Shown here: positions 20,889-30,429 of the stretch, piece by piece | Position numbering within the stretch: position 1 is the stretch's first letter | Layout: each line of letters starts with the position of its first letter | NCBI GenBank assembly: GCA_963776425.1 | Contig: CAVZMG010000002.1 | Span: 1,122,732-1,186,731, forward strand | Origin: an uncultured Actinomycetes bacterium | Lineage (GTDB): Bacteria > Actinomycetota > UBA4738 > HRBIN12 | Length of the DNA stretch: 64,000 nucleotides | Direction of reading: 5' to 3' | Program-made: the position numbers and the translations under genes | The notes under the pieces: generated by a model | Seen by the model: only the letters and a program-made list of their open reading frames with translations | Told to the model about the DNA's origin: nothing | Database searches by the model: none

Positions 20889-21301
20889 GGCGCACCCCCA
20901 GACATCGAGCCGGGGACGTGCAGGATCACCACGTTCTGCGGGAGGACCATCTGATACCGAGCCGCCCACTCCGCGATCCGTTCCGGCGACGAAAGCGTCG
21001 CGGCTTCGGTGTTCAACACGGCATGTCGCTCCTGCAGATCGGCCACCTGCGACTGCGTCTCGTGGACCGCGAACGCCGTCTGCGCGAACATCGCGTTCAG
21101 CGCGACGACGCCCACGACCAGCAGCACGACGATCGTGGTGGCGAAGATCAGGAACGTGGGGTGGAACCCGCGGCGCGCCCGCCGATGACGCTGGGGAGGG
21201 GTTGCGGTCCGCGGGCGCACCGCGGTCGTCCGCGCGGGAGTCGCGGGACGCTTCGGAGCCGGAGCCGGGGCGCGGATGACGTGGGGAGCGGGGACGCTCA
21301 C
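20885..21301 (-). CDS. ftsL: FtsL-like cell division protein
   Basis: Single TM helix followed by coiled-coil (ETQSQVADLQERHAVLNTEAATL), position between rsmH and ftsI. Confidence 0.6.
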   Translation of the reverse strand: MSVPAPHVIRAPAPAPKRPATPARTTAVRPRTATPPQRHRRARRGFHPTFLIFATTIVVLLVVGVVALNAMFAQTAFAVHETQSQVADLQERHAVLNTEAATLSSPERIAEWAARYQMVLPQNVVILHVPGSMSGGAP

Positions 21302-22164
21302 GCGGCCTCCTCCACCCGTTCGGCCACCCGGAGCTTGGCGCTGCGCGCACGGGGGTTGGCCCGGATCTCATCCTCGCCCGGCTGCAGCGGCTTCTTCGTG
21401 AGGATCGCGAGCCGCTCATCCGAGCGGAACGCCTGCTTCACGATGCGGTCCTCTAAAGAGTGGTACGCGATCACGATCACGCGGCCCCCGGGAGCGAGGA
21501 GATCGACCGCCTGAGGCAGGGAGGCGGCGAGCTCCTCGAGCTCCCGGTTGACCGCGATGCGGAGTGCCTGGAACGTCCGACGCGCAGGGTGGGGGCCCCC
21601 CGGACGTCGTCCCACGGCACTCACGACCACACCGGCCAGCTGGTCCGTCGTCTCGATCCGACCGCGGGCACGAGCGCGCACGATCGCACCCGCGATGCGC
21701 CGAGACTTCGGCTCCTCGCCGAACCGGAAGATCAGGTCGGCAAGCTCCTTCTCGGGCAGCCCGTTGACGAGGTCGGCGGCGGTCGGCCCGTCGTCGCCCA
21801 TCCGCATGTCGAGCGGGCCGTCCTCGCGGTAGCTGAACCCACGCTCGGGTCGATCCAGGTGCATCGACGAGACCCCGAGGTCGTAGAGCACGCCGTCGAC
21901 CGAGCCGCCGACGTCGTCCTCGCCGACCTCTGAGAAACGCGCACCGACGGAACGGAACCGGTCGCCGTACGGCGCCAACAGCTCGTCCGCCAGCTCGATC
22001 GCCGACGGATCGCGGTCAACCCCGACGACGCGCTCGACGCCCGCGTCCAAGAGCGCGGATGCGTGACCCCCCGCCCCGACGGTCATGTCGACGACGACCC
22101 GTCTCCCCTTCAGGAACCCGACGATCTCGTGCACCATGACCGGATCGTGTGGCGCGTCCGCCAC
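21298..22164 (-). CDS. rsmH: 16S rRNA (cytosine1402-N4)-methyltransferase RsmH/MraW
   Basis: DMTVGAGGHASALL SAM-binding motif and RsmH C-terminal region. Confidence 0.9.
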   Translation of the reverse strand: MADAPHDPVMVHEIVGFLKGRRVVVDMTVGAGGHASALLDAGVERVVGVDRDPSAIELADELLAPYGDRFRSVGARFSEVGEDDVGGSVDGVLYDLGVSSMHLDRPERGFSYREDGPLDMRMGDDGPTAADLVNGLPEKELADLIFRFGEEPKSRRIAGAIVRARARGRIETTDQLAGVVVSAVGRRPGGPHPARRTFQALRIAVNRELEELAASLPQAVDLLAPGGRVIVIAYHSLEDRIVKQAFRSDERLAILTKKPLQPGEDEIRANPRARSAKLRVAERVEEAA

Positions 22165-22278
22165 GTCAACCGATATGACCGGCGAGGAGACCCAGACCGA
22201 TCGAGGCCAACACCGTCACGGCGGCCATCGCGATCAAGGACAGGCTCTGACGAACCTCGGTCCCGAGCTTGTTGGGGT

Positions 22279-22713
22279 TCATGTGTTCCTCCTGGGGTCG
22301 AGGTCGCCCGCCTGATAGGCAGAGGCGTACCGGTCCGAGTAGCGGTCGTAGGCGTCGCGATCCCAGATCTCCATCCGGTCGCGTACCCCCAGCACCACTA
22401 CCTCCTTATCGATGCCGACGAGCTCCCGCAGACGCTGCGGGATCGTCACGCGGCCTTGGCCGTCGAGCCTGACTTCATCGGACGAACCGAAGAACAGGCG
22501 GGCGTAGGCGCGGCCGTCCGCATCGGAAAGGGGCGAGGAAGCGACCTCGTCCGATCGCCGCTCCCATTCGACCCTGGGGAAGCAGAACAGGCAGCCGTCC
22601 TGGCCGATCGTCAACCAGAGCCCATCCGCGAATGCTTCGCGGAAGCGCGCCGGCAACGACACCCTGCCCTTGGGGTCGAGCTGATAGCTATGCGTGCCGA
22701 GCAGTTCGGCCAC
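22279..22713 (-). CDS. mraZ: transcriptional regulator MraZ (start at internal GTG, VAELLGTHSYQLDPKGRVSLP)
   Basis: Two MraZ half-domains with DxxGR motifs (LDPKGRVSLP, LDGQGRVTIP). Confidence 0.85.
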   Translation of the reverse strand: MAELLGTHSYQLDPKGRVSLPARFREAFADGLWLTIGQDGCLFCFPRVEWERRSDEVASSPLSDADGRAYARLFFGSSDEVRLDGQGRVTIPQRLRELVGIDKEVVVLGVRDRMEIWDRDAYDRYSDRYASAYQAGDLDPRRNT

Positions 22714-22729
22714 GCCCCCTCCCCTTTCC

Positions 22730-22768
22730 TCCACTTCGGGCCACTGTTATGCCACCTATACTCCACTG
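22730..22768 (-). promoter_or_regulatory. candidate MraZ operator: four GTGG direct repeats at 11/11/10-nt spacing in mraZ leader
   Basis: mRNA-sense AGTGGAGtataGGTGGCataacaGTGGcccgaaGTGGagg immediately upstream of mraZ; MraZ is known to bind GTGGG-type direct repeats with helical spacing. Confidence 0.35.
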
Positions 22769-22858
22769 CGTCAACAGCGGTTGGCACCGAATGGACGAGG
22801 CAGGGGCATGTTCGTGGGCGGAACGGGTCGATCAGGAACACGGAGCGTTCCCGATGGA

Positions 22859-23365
22859 TCAGCTCAGGTAGGCATCCCAACCCGGCTCGAGCCGGCCGAG
22901 GGTCAGGCGGAACCCGTCCGTCGGGGCGAACGGCCGGCGCGCCAGGTGGAACCCGGCTTCCTGTGGGGTCCGGTTCTCCTTCTTCGCGTTACACCGCCGG
23001 CATGCGGCCACCACGTTCTCCCACGTGTGGGTGCCCCCGCGCGACCGCGGGATCACGTGATCCAGGTTCTCCGCGGCCGCGGCACAGTACTGACAGATCC
23101 AGTCGTCACGGGCGAAGACCGCCCGGCGGGTCAGTGGCGCGTGGGGGCGGTACGGCACGCGGACGTAGCGTCGCAGGCGCACGACCGAGGGCGCCTCCAT
23201 CGAGATCGTGGCCGAACGGAACACCATCCCGTTCGTCTCCACGACTTCGGCTTTGTCCTTCAACACCAGGACCACCGCTCGCCGCGCAGGGACGACGGCG
23301 AGCGGCGCGTCGGAGGCATTCAGCACCAACGAACGACCCATCGAGGCAGTGTAGCCGGACACCAT
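22859..23365 (-). CDS. HNH endonuclease family protein (168 aa)
   Basis: CQYC...DHVIPRSRGG...WENVVAACRRCNAKK HNH/zinc-finger motif. Confidence 0.75.
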   Translation of the reverse strand: MVSGYTASMGRSLVLNASDAPLAVVPARRAVVLVLKDKAEVVETNGMVFRSATISMEAPSVVRLRRYVRVPYRPHAPLTRRAVFARDDWICQYCAAAAENLDHVIPRSRGGTHTWENVVAACRRCNAKKENRTPQEAGFHLARRPFAPTDGFRLTLGRLEPGWDAYLS

Positions 23366-23617
23366 CCTTCGACGGGCGGTGCTTGCCTCAGGCGAATCAC
23401 AAGCGTGTAATACTCACTCGAGATCGCGACGGGTCGGCCCGGGCGAGATGCCTGGGAGTTGCGAACAGGGGCCGCGCGGGGCGTCCGCCGCCCGGGCTGG
23501 CCCGTCGTTCTCCCCTCCACACTTGCGGTCCCTTGCTCACGCCGGGTGTCCGCATCGATCCGGAGGGAACCTCGGCCCGGTGTCGGCCCGTAAGATGGAA
23601 CGAGTCCCGGCCGGGAG

Positions 23618-24598
23618 GTGATCGTGGAAGTACGTCAGCGTCCCCAGGAGTGGCAGCGGTTCGCCGCGCGTTTCCATGAGATCGAAGACAACGTCGAGCG
23701 TGTCGTTCGCGGCAAGCACGGGGAGATCCGCCTCGCGTTGATCGCCTTGGTCGCCGAGGGACATCTCTTGATCGAGGACGTCCCCGGCGTTGGGAAGACG
23801 ATGCTGGCCAAAGCCGTCGCCCGCTCGATCGACTGCTCCTTCCGGCGGCTGCAATTCACACCCGACATGCTGCCCACGGACGTGACCGGCGTGAACGTGT
23901 TCAATCAGGAGCACGGCGATTTCGAGTTCAAGCCCGGGGCCATCTTCGCGAACATCGTGCTGGGTGATGAGATCAATCGTGCCAGCCCCAAGACCCAGTC
24001 CGCGCTCCTGGAATGCATGGAAGAGCGGCAGGTCACCGTGGATACACAGACGCATCCCCTCGGAACCCCGTTCATGGTGATCGCGACGCAGAACCCGATC
24101 GAGCACGAGGGGACGTACCCACTGCCCGAGGCGCAGCTCGACCGGTTCATGATGCGGCTGTCCATCGGATACCCCAGCGCCGAGGTCGAGGCGGAGATCC
24201 TCGCGAGCCACAGCGCCGGGACGCCGCTCACGGACATCGGTCCGGTCACCGATGCTCCAGGCGTGGCCGAGATGATCGTGCAGGCGCAACAGGTCCATGT
24301 CGCACCGGCGATCCGTCGCTACATCGTGGACCTCGTGGAGGCCACGCGACGGCACTCCGACATGTACCTCGGGGCGAGTCCGCGGGCCTCGATCATGATC
24401 CTTCGGGCTACGCGCGCGATGGCTGCAGCCGAAGAGCGCGACTACGTTATCCCCGATGACGTCAAAGCGCTCGCGGTGCCGTCGCTCGCCCACCGGATCA
24501 TCGTCACGGCCGATGCAGTCATGAGCGGACGGTCGCCCAGTGTCGTCCTGGAGGAGATCCTGGCCGACGTTCCGGTCCCGGTCGCGGAGGATCAGTGA
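23618..24598 (+). CDS. MoxR-family AAA+ ATPase
   Basis: Walker A GVGKT, Walker B, MoxR-specific regions ([41 protein letters not shown]). Confidence 0.9.
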   Translation: MIVEVRQRPQEWQRFAARFHEIEDNVERVVRGKHGEIRLALIALVAEGHLLIEDVPGVGKTMLAKAVARSIDCSFRRLQFTPDMLPTDVTGVNVFNQEHGDFEFKPGAIFANIVLGDEINRASPKTQSALLECMEERQVTVDTQTHPLGTPFMVIATQNPIEHEGTYPLPEAQLDRFMMRLSIGYPSAEVEAEILASHSAGTPLTDIGPVTDAPGVAEMIVQAQQVHVAPAIRRYIVDLVEATRRHSDMYLGASPRASIMILRATRAMAAAEERDYVIPDDVKALAVPSLAHRIIVTADAVMSGRSPSVVLEEILADVPVPVAEDQ

Positions 24599-25827
24599 CC
24601 CCGTCCGGCCGCGGGGCCGCCGTCCTCGTCGCCGGCGTCGCCATGTGGTTGAGCGCCCGGATCCTCGGGTCTCCCGGCCTAGAGGTCGTGGGCATCGGAC
24701 TCGTCTCACTCCCCCTCATCTCCGGTCTGTTCGTCCGGTGGCGTCACCAGCGGATCGTCGTCCGCCGGCGCCTCTCCGACGTTCGGGTCCCGCCGGGGAC
24801 ACGCGTGACCGTGCAGCTCGACGTCGAGAACCGCGGCGCTGCACCCACGTCGTTCCTGATGCTCGAGGATCGCCTGCCGCCTGCACTCGGTCGCCCGGCT
24901 CGTCTGGTCGTGGCCGGCATCGCCTCGCGGGGCACGCAGCGGGTCTCCTATACCGTGCTCCCGCAGACCCGTGGCCGCTATCAGCTGGGCCCACTCGTCG
25001 TGGACGTCTCGGATCCGTTCGCGCTGATGCGGCAACGCCTCGAGTTCGACGAGCGAGAAGAGTTGCTCGTGACCCCGGAGATCGAGGATCTCTCTACCGC
25101 ACCGGAATCGGCCTTCGGTCCGAACATCGGGGCCTCCCGGACGCGGAACCTGTTCCGGACCGGCGAGGAGTACTACACGATGCGCCAGTACCAAGAAGGC
25201 GACGATCTTCGCCGGATCCACTGGCCGAGCGTGGCGCGGACGGGCGCGCTGATGATCCGTCAGGATGAATCGTCCCGGCGGGCGAGCGGTCTGGTCTTCC
25301 TGGACTCGCGCGAGGGCGGGCTTGGGCCGTCCCGAGGGCCAGCGTTCGAGCGCGCGGTCTCGGTGGCGGCCACGCTCGGCGCGGTCCTCGCTCGCGGGGG
25401 ATTCACGCTCCGGCTGGCGACGGCCGACACCCAGCCCGCCGCACTCTCCGAGGATCGCTTCCTGGAGGCACTAGCGAGCGTGAGCCATGCGCCCGTCCGA
25501 TCGCTCGGGCCATCGCTCGCCCATCTGCGCACGAACGCGTCCGGGGACGCGACGTTCATCTTCGTCGGTGCGCCTCCCCTCCCGGGAGAGGCAACGAGCC
25601 TGATCCGGAGCGGCGGTGCCTTCGGGCCGAAGCTGGCCGTGTTCGTCTATCCCGTGGACCCAGACACCTTGCCGCCCGAACGGCAGACCGCATTGGAGGG
25701 GCGTGCCACGCAGGCCCGCCTCGCCCTGACCCGCGCCGGATGGGACTGCATCGTCTTGCCCCCGTCCGTCCGCCTGAAGGATCGATGGCACACCCCCAGG
25801 GAACGTCTCCTCGCGCACAGCGGCTGA
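24595..25827 (+). CDS. DUF58-domain protein (MoxR partner, VWA-like)
   Basis: DUF58 signature ([25 protein letters not shown]), N-terminal TM helices; overlaps moxR stop by 4 nt. Confidence 0.8.
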   Translation: MTPSGRGAAVLVAGVAMWLSARILGSPGLEVVGIGLVSLPLISGLFVRWRHQRIVVRRRLSDVRVPPGTRVTVQLDVENRGAAPTSFLMLEDRLPPALGRPARLVVAGIASRGTQRVSYTVLPQTRGRYQLGPLVVDVSDPFALMRQRLEFDEREELLVTPEIEDLSTAPESAFGPNIGASRTRNLFRTGEEYYTMRQYQEGDDLRRIHWPSVARTGALMIRQDESSRRASGLVFLDSREGGLGPSRGPAFERAVSVAATLGAVLARGGFTLRLATADTQPAALSEDRFLEALASVSHAPVRSLGPSLAHLRTNASGDATFIFVGAPPLPGEATSLIRSGGAFGPKLAVFVYPVDPDTLPPERQTALEGRATQARLALTRAGWDCIVLPPSVRLKDRWHTPRERLLAHSG

Positions 25828-28085
25828 TCGCGCTCACGGCCGTCGTCCTCGTCGCGGTCGCGACCGCGCTCGCGTTCGGCCGGGTGTTCGTCGGTCACGG
25901 CTCGACCTGGCGGCTGATGGCGGTGGCGATCGCCTCGGCGTTGGCGGCGAGCGCGCTCGAACGGCGAAACCTCCTGCTCGCGACGGTCGTCTCGGCCGCG
26001 CTGCTCGTAGCTGCCATCGGCATCGTCGTCTTCCCGAGCACCACGTGGCACGGCTTACCTACCCTGGACACCCTTCGTCACGCGCTCGACTCGTCGCGCC
26101 TGATCGGCGAACAGGCGCGGCTGCAGGTCGCACCCACGGTGCCGCTGAGGCCCTTGATGCTCGCGGGGGTGGTGGCGATCTGGGCGGCGATGTTCTCCTG
26201 CCACGCGCTGGCGTTCCGGGCGGGGAGCCCGCTGCTCGCCCTGCTCCCTCCGCTCGCGCTCCTCACGTTCGCCGACACCGTCCTCGAGGAAGTGATCAAA
26301 CCGCAGTACGGGGTCGCGTTCCTCGTCGGGGCGCTGGCCGTCGTATTCGCTGATGCGTTGCGACGGGTCCAGGGCTGGGGTCCCATCTGGGTGACCGGCA
26401 CCGGACCCCGCGCGCGCCTTTCGGCCACCGCGGGGCGAGGCGCCCGGCGCGTGGCGGCCGCGGCCATCGCCACCGCGGCGATCCTTCCGATCCTGGTGCC
26501 CGGCTTCGGTTCCAAGGCGATCTTCGACATCAGCTCGACGTCGTCGGGTGATCGTGTGCGCATCGACCCGCTCGTCTCGATCCGCGCGAGTCTCACTCGG
26601 AGCGATCCGGTCGAGGTGTTCCAGGTGTCGTCGAACGTCCCGTCGTACTGGCGGATGGTGTCGCTCCCGAACTTCGACGGGACAACATGGCGGCCGGACA
26701 ACACGGTGACGGGAGCGCCGGTGACCGCCGATACGATCCTGCCGACGGGTCCGTCAGATGTGAAGGTCGAGACCCAGACGGTGGACCAGTCGTTCCAGGT
26801 CTCGAGCGGCATCGATCTCGACCTGCCTTGGCTCCCCGCCGCCTACCCCGCGCAACGGATCGACGCGCCTTCGACGTCCGTGCGCTTCGACCCGGAGAGC
26901 GGCGCGGCGAACCTGGACGGCAGCCTGAGCGGCGGCACGGTTTACCACGTCACATCGGTGATCCCGCAGCCCACGCCGGACCAGCTTTCCGTCGAGACGC
27001 TCGCCACCGGCGCGATCACGCGGTACACGTCGTTGCCGACGGACACGCTCGCCCAGATCCGGCCGATCGCCGAGCGGTGGACCGAGGGCGCCACCAACGA
27101 TTACCAGCGCGTCTTGATGATCCAGAACCGCCTGAACGACCAGAGCGAGTTCACGTACGACAAGACCGTCCCCGCGCGAGACGACACGTTCACCTTGTTG
27201 CAGTTCCTCACCGTCACCAAAGCGGGCTTCTGTCAGCAGTTCTCGAGCGCCATGGCGGTCATGCTCCGCAGCCTCGGGATCCCGGCGCGCATCGCCGTCG
27301 GCTTCACCGACGGGCATTTCGACCACGGCACGGGCACCTGGCGGGTCACCACGTCGGATGAGCACAGCTGGGTCGAGGTGCTGTCCCCGACGTACGGGTG
27401 GCTGACGTTCGATCCGACCCCGGGGAACTCGAACCCCACCGCCTCGGACTACGAGCATCCCGCAGTGACCTGTCCATCGGGGGTCCAAGGGTGCCTCCCC
27501 TCCGGGCCGGAAGGCGGAACCGCCGGCGGAACGGGCTCGCCGGGTAACCCAGCCGGCCTCCCGCGGCAACTGGTGAACGCGATCGGTCGACAGACCGTGC
27601 AGGCCGGGAGTCGGCTCGGACCGCTACCCGGAACCGATCCGGGTGCCGCACGCAGGACCTCGCGATCGCCTCTGCGGATCCTCTTCCTGGTGCTGCTGGT
27701 TGCCGGCGTGATCGCGATGTTGGCCATCCCTCCCGCCCGGGCGCTGGGTCGGCGCCGACGCCTGCGGAGGAGTCATGGGCATCCTCGGGCATTGATCCTC
27801 GCGACCTACGACGTGTTCACGCAACGGGCTGCCGATCTGGGGTACCCGCGGGCGGAAGGCGAAACCCTCGACGAGTACCGCGCCCGATTGGGGGCCTCCA
27901 CGATGACGGAGGGTCAACTCGACCGCTTGACCGCGATCGCGGTCCACGCGGCGTACGCCGCGGATGAGCCGGTCCCCGAAGAGGCCACGGAGGCGTCCGC
28001 GGCGGCCGAAACCACGCTTCACGAGCTCCGGCGCGCGACGGGTCTGGGACGGCGGATCGCCGGCCAGTACCGCCTGCGGCGCTGA
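25785..28085 (+). CDS. transglutaminase-like membrane protein (DUF3488 N-terminal TM domain + TGase core)
   Basis: TGase catalytic Cys/His/Asp region (GFCQQFSSAMAVMLRSLGIPARIAVGF ... DEHSWVEVL ... FDPTPG), multiple TM helices; start position uncertain. Confidence 0.8.
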   Translation: MAHPQGTSPRAQRLIALTAVVLVAVATALAFGRVFVGHGSTWRLMAVAIASALAASALERRNLLLATVVSAALLVAAIGIVVFPSTTWHGLPTLDTLRHALDSSRLIGEQARLQVAPTVPLRPLMLAGVVAIWAAMFSCHALAFRAGSPLLALLPPLALLTFADTVLEEVIKPQYGVAFLVGALAVVFADALRRVQGWGPIWVTGTGPRARLSATAGRGARRVAAAAIATAAILPILVPGFGSKAIFDISSTSSGDRVRIDPLVSIRASLTRSDPVEVFQVSSNVPSYWRMVSLPNFDGTTWRPDNTVTGAPVTADTILPTGPSDVKVETQTVDQSFQVSSGIDLDLPWLPAAYPAQRIDAPSTSVRFDPESGAANLDGSLSGGTVYHVTSVIPQPTPDQLSVETLATGAITRYTSLPTDTLAQIRPIAERWTEGATNDYQRVLMIQNRLNDQSEFTYDKTVPARDDTFTLLQFLTVTKAGFCQQFSSAMAVMLRSLGIPARIAVGFTDGHFDHGTGTWRVTTSDEHSWVEVLSPTYGWLTFDPTPGNSNPTASDYEHPAVTCPSGVQGCLPSGPEGGTAGGTGSPGNPAGLPRQLVNAIGRQTVQAGSRLGPLPGTDPGAARRTSRSPLRILFLVLLVAGVIAMLAIPPARALGRRRRLRRSHGHPRALILATYDVFTQRAADLGYPRAEGETLDEYRARLGASTMTEGQLDRLTAIAVHAAYAADEPVPEEATEASAAAETTLHELRRATGLGRRIAGQYRLRR

Positions 28086-28104
28086 GGGTCCGACCTTCGG
28101 CGGC

Positions 28105-28587
28105 TCAGGTCCCGGTCGCCGTGTGGGCCGCGGCCTCTCGCAAAGCCCGGACGAACCGCTCTCGATCCTCGCTGAACTGAGAGACGTTCGTCCGGACGCT
28201 CGTGGCGATGTCGTCGATCGCCACGAAGAACGCCATCTGCCCCTCACGCAGGGCGTCGATCACCTCGCCGTCGCGGCGGCAGATCTTGAAGATGCTCTGG
28301 CCGTCGGTGACGAGCTTCACGTCCGAGAGGTGCCGATCGAGGCCTGCCTTCTTGTTGAGGAACGCCCATGCGCGCCGAACGCGCTGCAATGACATCCCGC
28401 CGTCGAGCAGGGACTTCACGACGCGCAACGCGACGAGATCTCGGAACGAATAGAGGCGTGGGACGCCGGGTCTTCCGCCCGTGCCCTGGACCGTCGGCTG
28501 CACCAAGCCGATCTGGTCCCAGTACCGCAGCTGCCGCGCCGTGCAACTCGTGAACTTGCTGGCTTGATGAGCCGTGAACCCCTCCAT
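28105..28587 (-). CDS. MerR-family transcriptional regulator
   Basis: HTH (FTSCTARQLRYWDQIGLVQP) typical of MerR; start trimmed to MEGFTAHQ. Confidence 0.65.
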   Translation of the reverse strand: MEGFTAHQASKFTSCTARQLRYWDQIGLVQPTVQGTGGRPGVPRLYSFRDLVALRVVKSLLDGGMSLQRVRRAWAFLNKKAGLDRHLSDVKLVTDGQSIFKICRRDGEVIDALREGQMAFFVAIDDIATSVRTNVSQFSEDRERFVRALREAAAHTATGT

Positions 28588-28794
28588 GGACGCGCGCCCT
28601 TTCGACAACCTGCCTGCCACACCGTCTGCCGCATCCGCGCGATCGGCCACCACGAAACATCAACCTCGGGTGGACGGTCACGCGCCCAGGGGAAGGGGCC
28701 CCTTTGTACAGCAGCGCGGGAACGGGTGGCAAGCGCAGAGGTCAAACACCGCGACGAATCATCCGGACGGGCTAGTCGGCATCGGTCGTTCGTG

Positions 28795-29178
28795 TCAGTT
28801 CTGCGGCGGGTCGTTCGGGGGTACCTGCCGGCGCGCGAACCGCGCGGCGATGCGACCCATCAACCCCGTGAGCGTCAGCCGACCCGACGCCTGCATCTCG
28901 CGGATCTGATCGCGACCGAGCTGCCCGAGGTAGCGGTAGATCAACAGCGCTGACAGCACCATGATCACGAAACCCGCGGCCGCGACCAATGGGCTGACGA
29001 CGAACAGCAGCAACAGGAGCATGCCCGCGACGAACGCGAGCGCGGCGATCCGGATGCGCCGAGCGAGATGCGTGTAGAGGTCGGTGCGACCGACCTGCTC
29101 GACGAGGCGTGGGTCTTCCTCGGCGAGGCGCTTCTCGATCTCCTCGAGGATCCGTTGTTCGTGCTCGCTGAGGGGCAT
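28795..29178 (-). CDS. DUF3040-like small membrane protein
   Basis: N-terminal MPLSEHEQRILEEIEKRL + two TM helices, characteristic of DUF3040. Confidence 0.55.
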   Translation of the reverse strand: MPLSEHEQRILEEIEKRLAEEDPRLVEQVGRTDLYTHLARRIRIAALAFVAGMLLLLLFVVSPLVAAAGFVIMVLSALLIYRYLGQLGRDQIREMQASGRLTLTGLMGRIAARFARRQVPPNDPPQN

Positions 29179-29191
29179 CGGGTTCCTTACC

Positions 29192-29215
29192 TTGGGCCGT
29201 GGGGATCGACCATGG
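29192..29215. promoter_or_regulatory. TATAAT -10 element overlapping a degenerate LexA-like half-palindrome (TCGAAC-CATG-GTCGAT) upstream of DUF3040 gene
   Basis: mRNA-sense cccTATAATCGAACCATGGTCGATcccc, 30-50 nt upstream of the DUF3040 start. Confidence 0.3.
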
Positions 29216-29252
29216 TTCGATTATAGGGAGCCGTGCGACAGCGACGAGACCT

Positions 29253-30425
29253 TCATCGGTGGCGGTCGCGTTCGATCAAGGAGGCGGGACGAGCGGCTCC
29301 CCGCCCGAACCGCCGCTCGATCCGGTCGAGCGCCCGCTCCACGTCGCCCCAACGCTCCCCTTGGAGGAGCGCCAGCTGCTCGGCGCCCGCCGGGACCAGC
29401 CCGGTCGCCTGGACGCCCAGGAGACGGATCCGACGCCGCTCCCCCGGCAGGGATCCGTACAGCTCGGCCACCGTTCGGTACAGCTCTGCCCCCACCTCCG
29501 TGGGGCCGGACAGGGTCCGGGATCGCGTCAGGGTCTGGAAGTTGGCCAGGCGCGCCTTCAGCACCACGGTCCTGGCCCGATACCCGTCCTCGCGGAGCCG
29601 GACCGCCACCCGGCCCGAGAGGTCCAGGAGCTCACGGAGGATCTCCCGGTCGTCGTCAAGATCCCGTTCGAACGTCTCTTCGTGGCTCACCGACTTCGGC
29701 GGCTCGTAGGGAACCACGACGCGGTCGTCGGTCCCGTGCGCGAGGTCGGAGAGGTGATTGGCGGAGACATCGCCCAGCAACCGCTCCAGGATCGAGACGG
29801 GCATGCGCTCGAGGTCTCCGATCGTTCGGATCCCCAGCCGCCCGAGCGTCTCCCCCGTCTTCTCTCCCACCCCCCAGAGGCGCCCGACCGGGAGCGGTTC
29901 AAGGAACGCCGACACGCCGTCGGCCGGAACGTGCAGCAGCCCATCGGGCTTGCACCCGTCCGAGGCGAGCTTCGCCACGAATTTCGAGGACGCGACGCCG
30001 ACCGAGCACGTGACGCCGACCTCGCGGACGACATCCGCGCGGATCTTCGCGGCGATCGCTGCCGGCGAGCCGAAGAGCATCGTCGCCCCGGCGACGTCGA
30101 GGAACGCCTCGTCGAGCGAGATCGGCTCGACGAGCGGGGTATGGGCGAGCAACACTTCGCGGAAGCGGTTGGAATGCGCGCGGTACGCCTCGAAGTCCGA
30201 CGGCAGGAAGACGATGTCTGGGCAGAGCCGGCGAGCGCGGACGGCGGGCATCGCGGAGCGCACACCGAACACGCGTGCTTCGTAGGAGGCGGAGGCGACC
30301 ACCCCACGCGCACCCGCTCCACCGACCACCACCGGCTTGCCCTTGAGCGACGGATCCTTCAGGACCTCCACCGATGCGTAGAACGCGTCGAGGTCCACGT
30401 GGAGGATGGGCTCAGGGGGTCTCAC
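29253..30425 (-). CDS. dinB: DNA polymerase IV (Y-family), catalytic residues intact
   Basis: HVDLDAFYASVE and SLDEAFLDV motifs retain catalytic Asp/Glu (so not an inactive ImuB); 4 nt after dnaE2 stop. Confidence 0.9.
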   Translation of the reverse strand: MRPPEPILHVDLDAFYASVEVLKDPSLKGKPVVVGGAGARGVVASASYEARVFGVRSAMPAVRARRLCPDIVFLPSDFEAYRAHSNRFREVLLAHTPLVEPISLDEAFLDVAGATMLFGSPAAIAAKIRADVVREVGVTCSVGVASSKFVAKLASDGCKPDGLLHVPADGVSAFLEPLPVGRLWGVGEKTGETLGRLGIRTIGDLERMPVSILERLLGDVSANHLSDLAHGTDDRVVVPYEPPKSVSHEETFERDLDDDREILRELLDLSGRVAVRLREDGYRARTVVLKARLANFQTLTRSRTLSGPTEVGAELYRTVAELYGSLPGERRRIRLLGVQATGLVPAGAEQLALLQGERWGDVERALDRIERRFGRGAARPASLIERDRHR

Positions 30426-30429
30426 GTGA

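Noticed and set aside
28700-28740. Palindrome AAGGGGCCCCTT as terminator or MerR operator
   Set aside because: Zero-loop palindrome without a following T-tract, and about 130 nt from the MerR start. Insufficient evidence for either role.
29253-30425. Y-family polymerase next to dnaE2 as ImuB
   Set aside because: Catalytic DxD (HVDLDAFYAS) and SLDE residues are intact, and the gene lies downstream rather than upstream of dnaE2. Called DinB instead.
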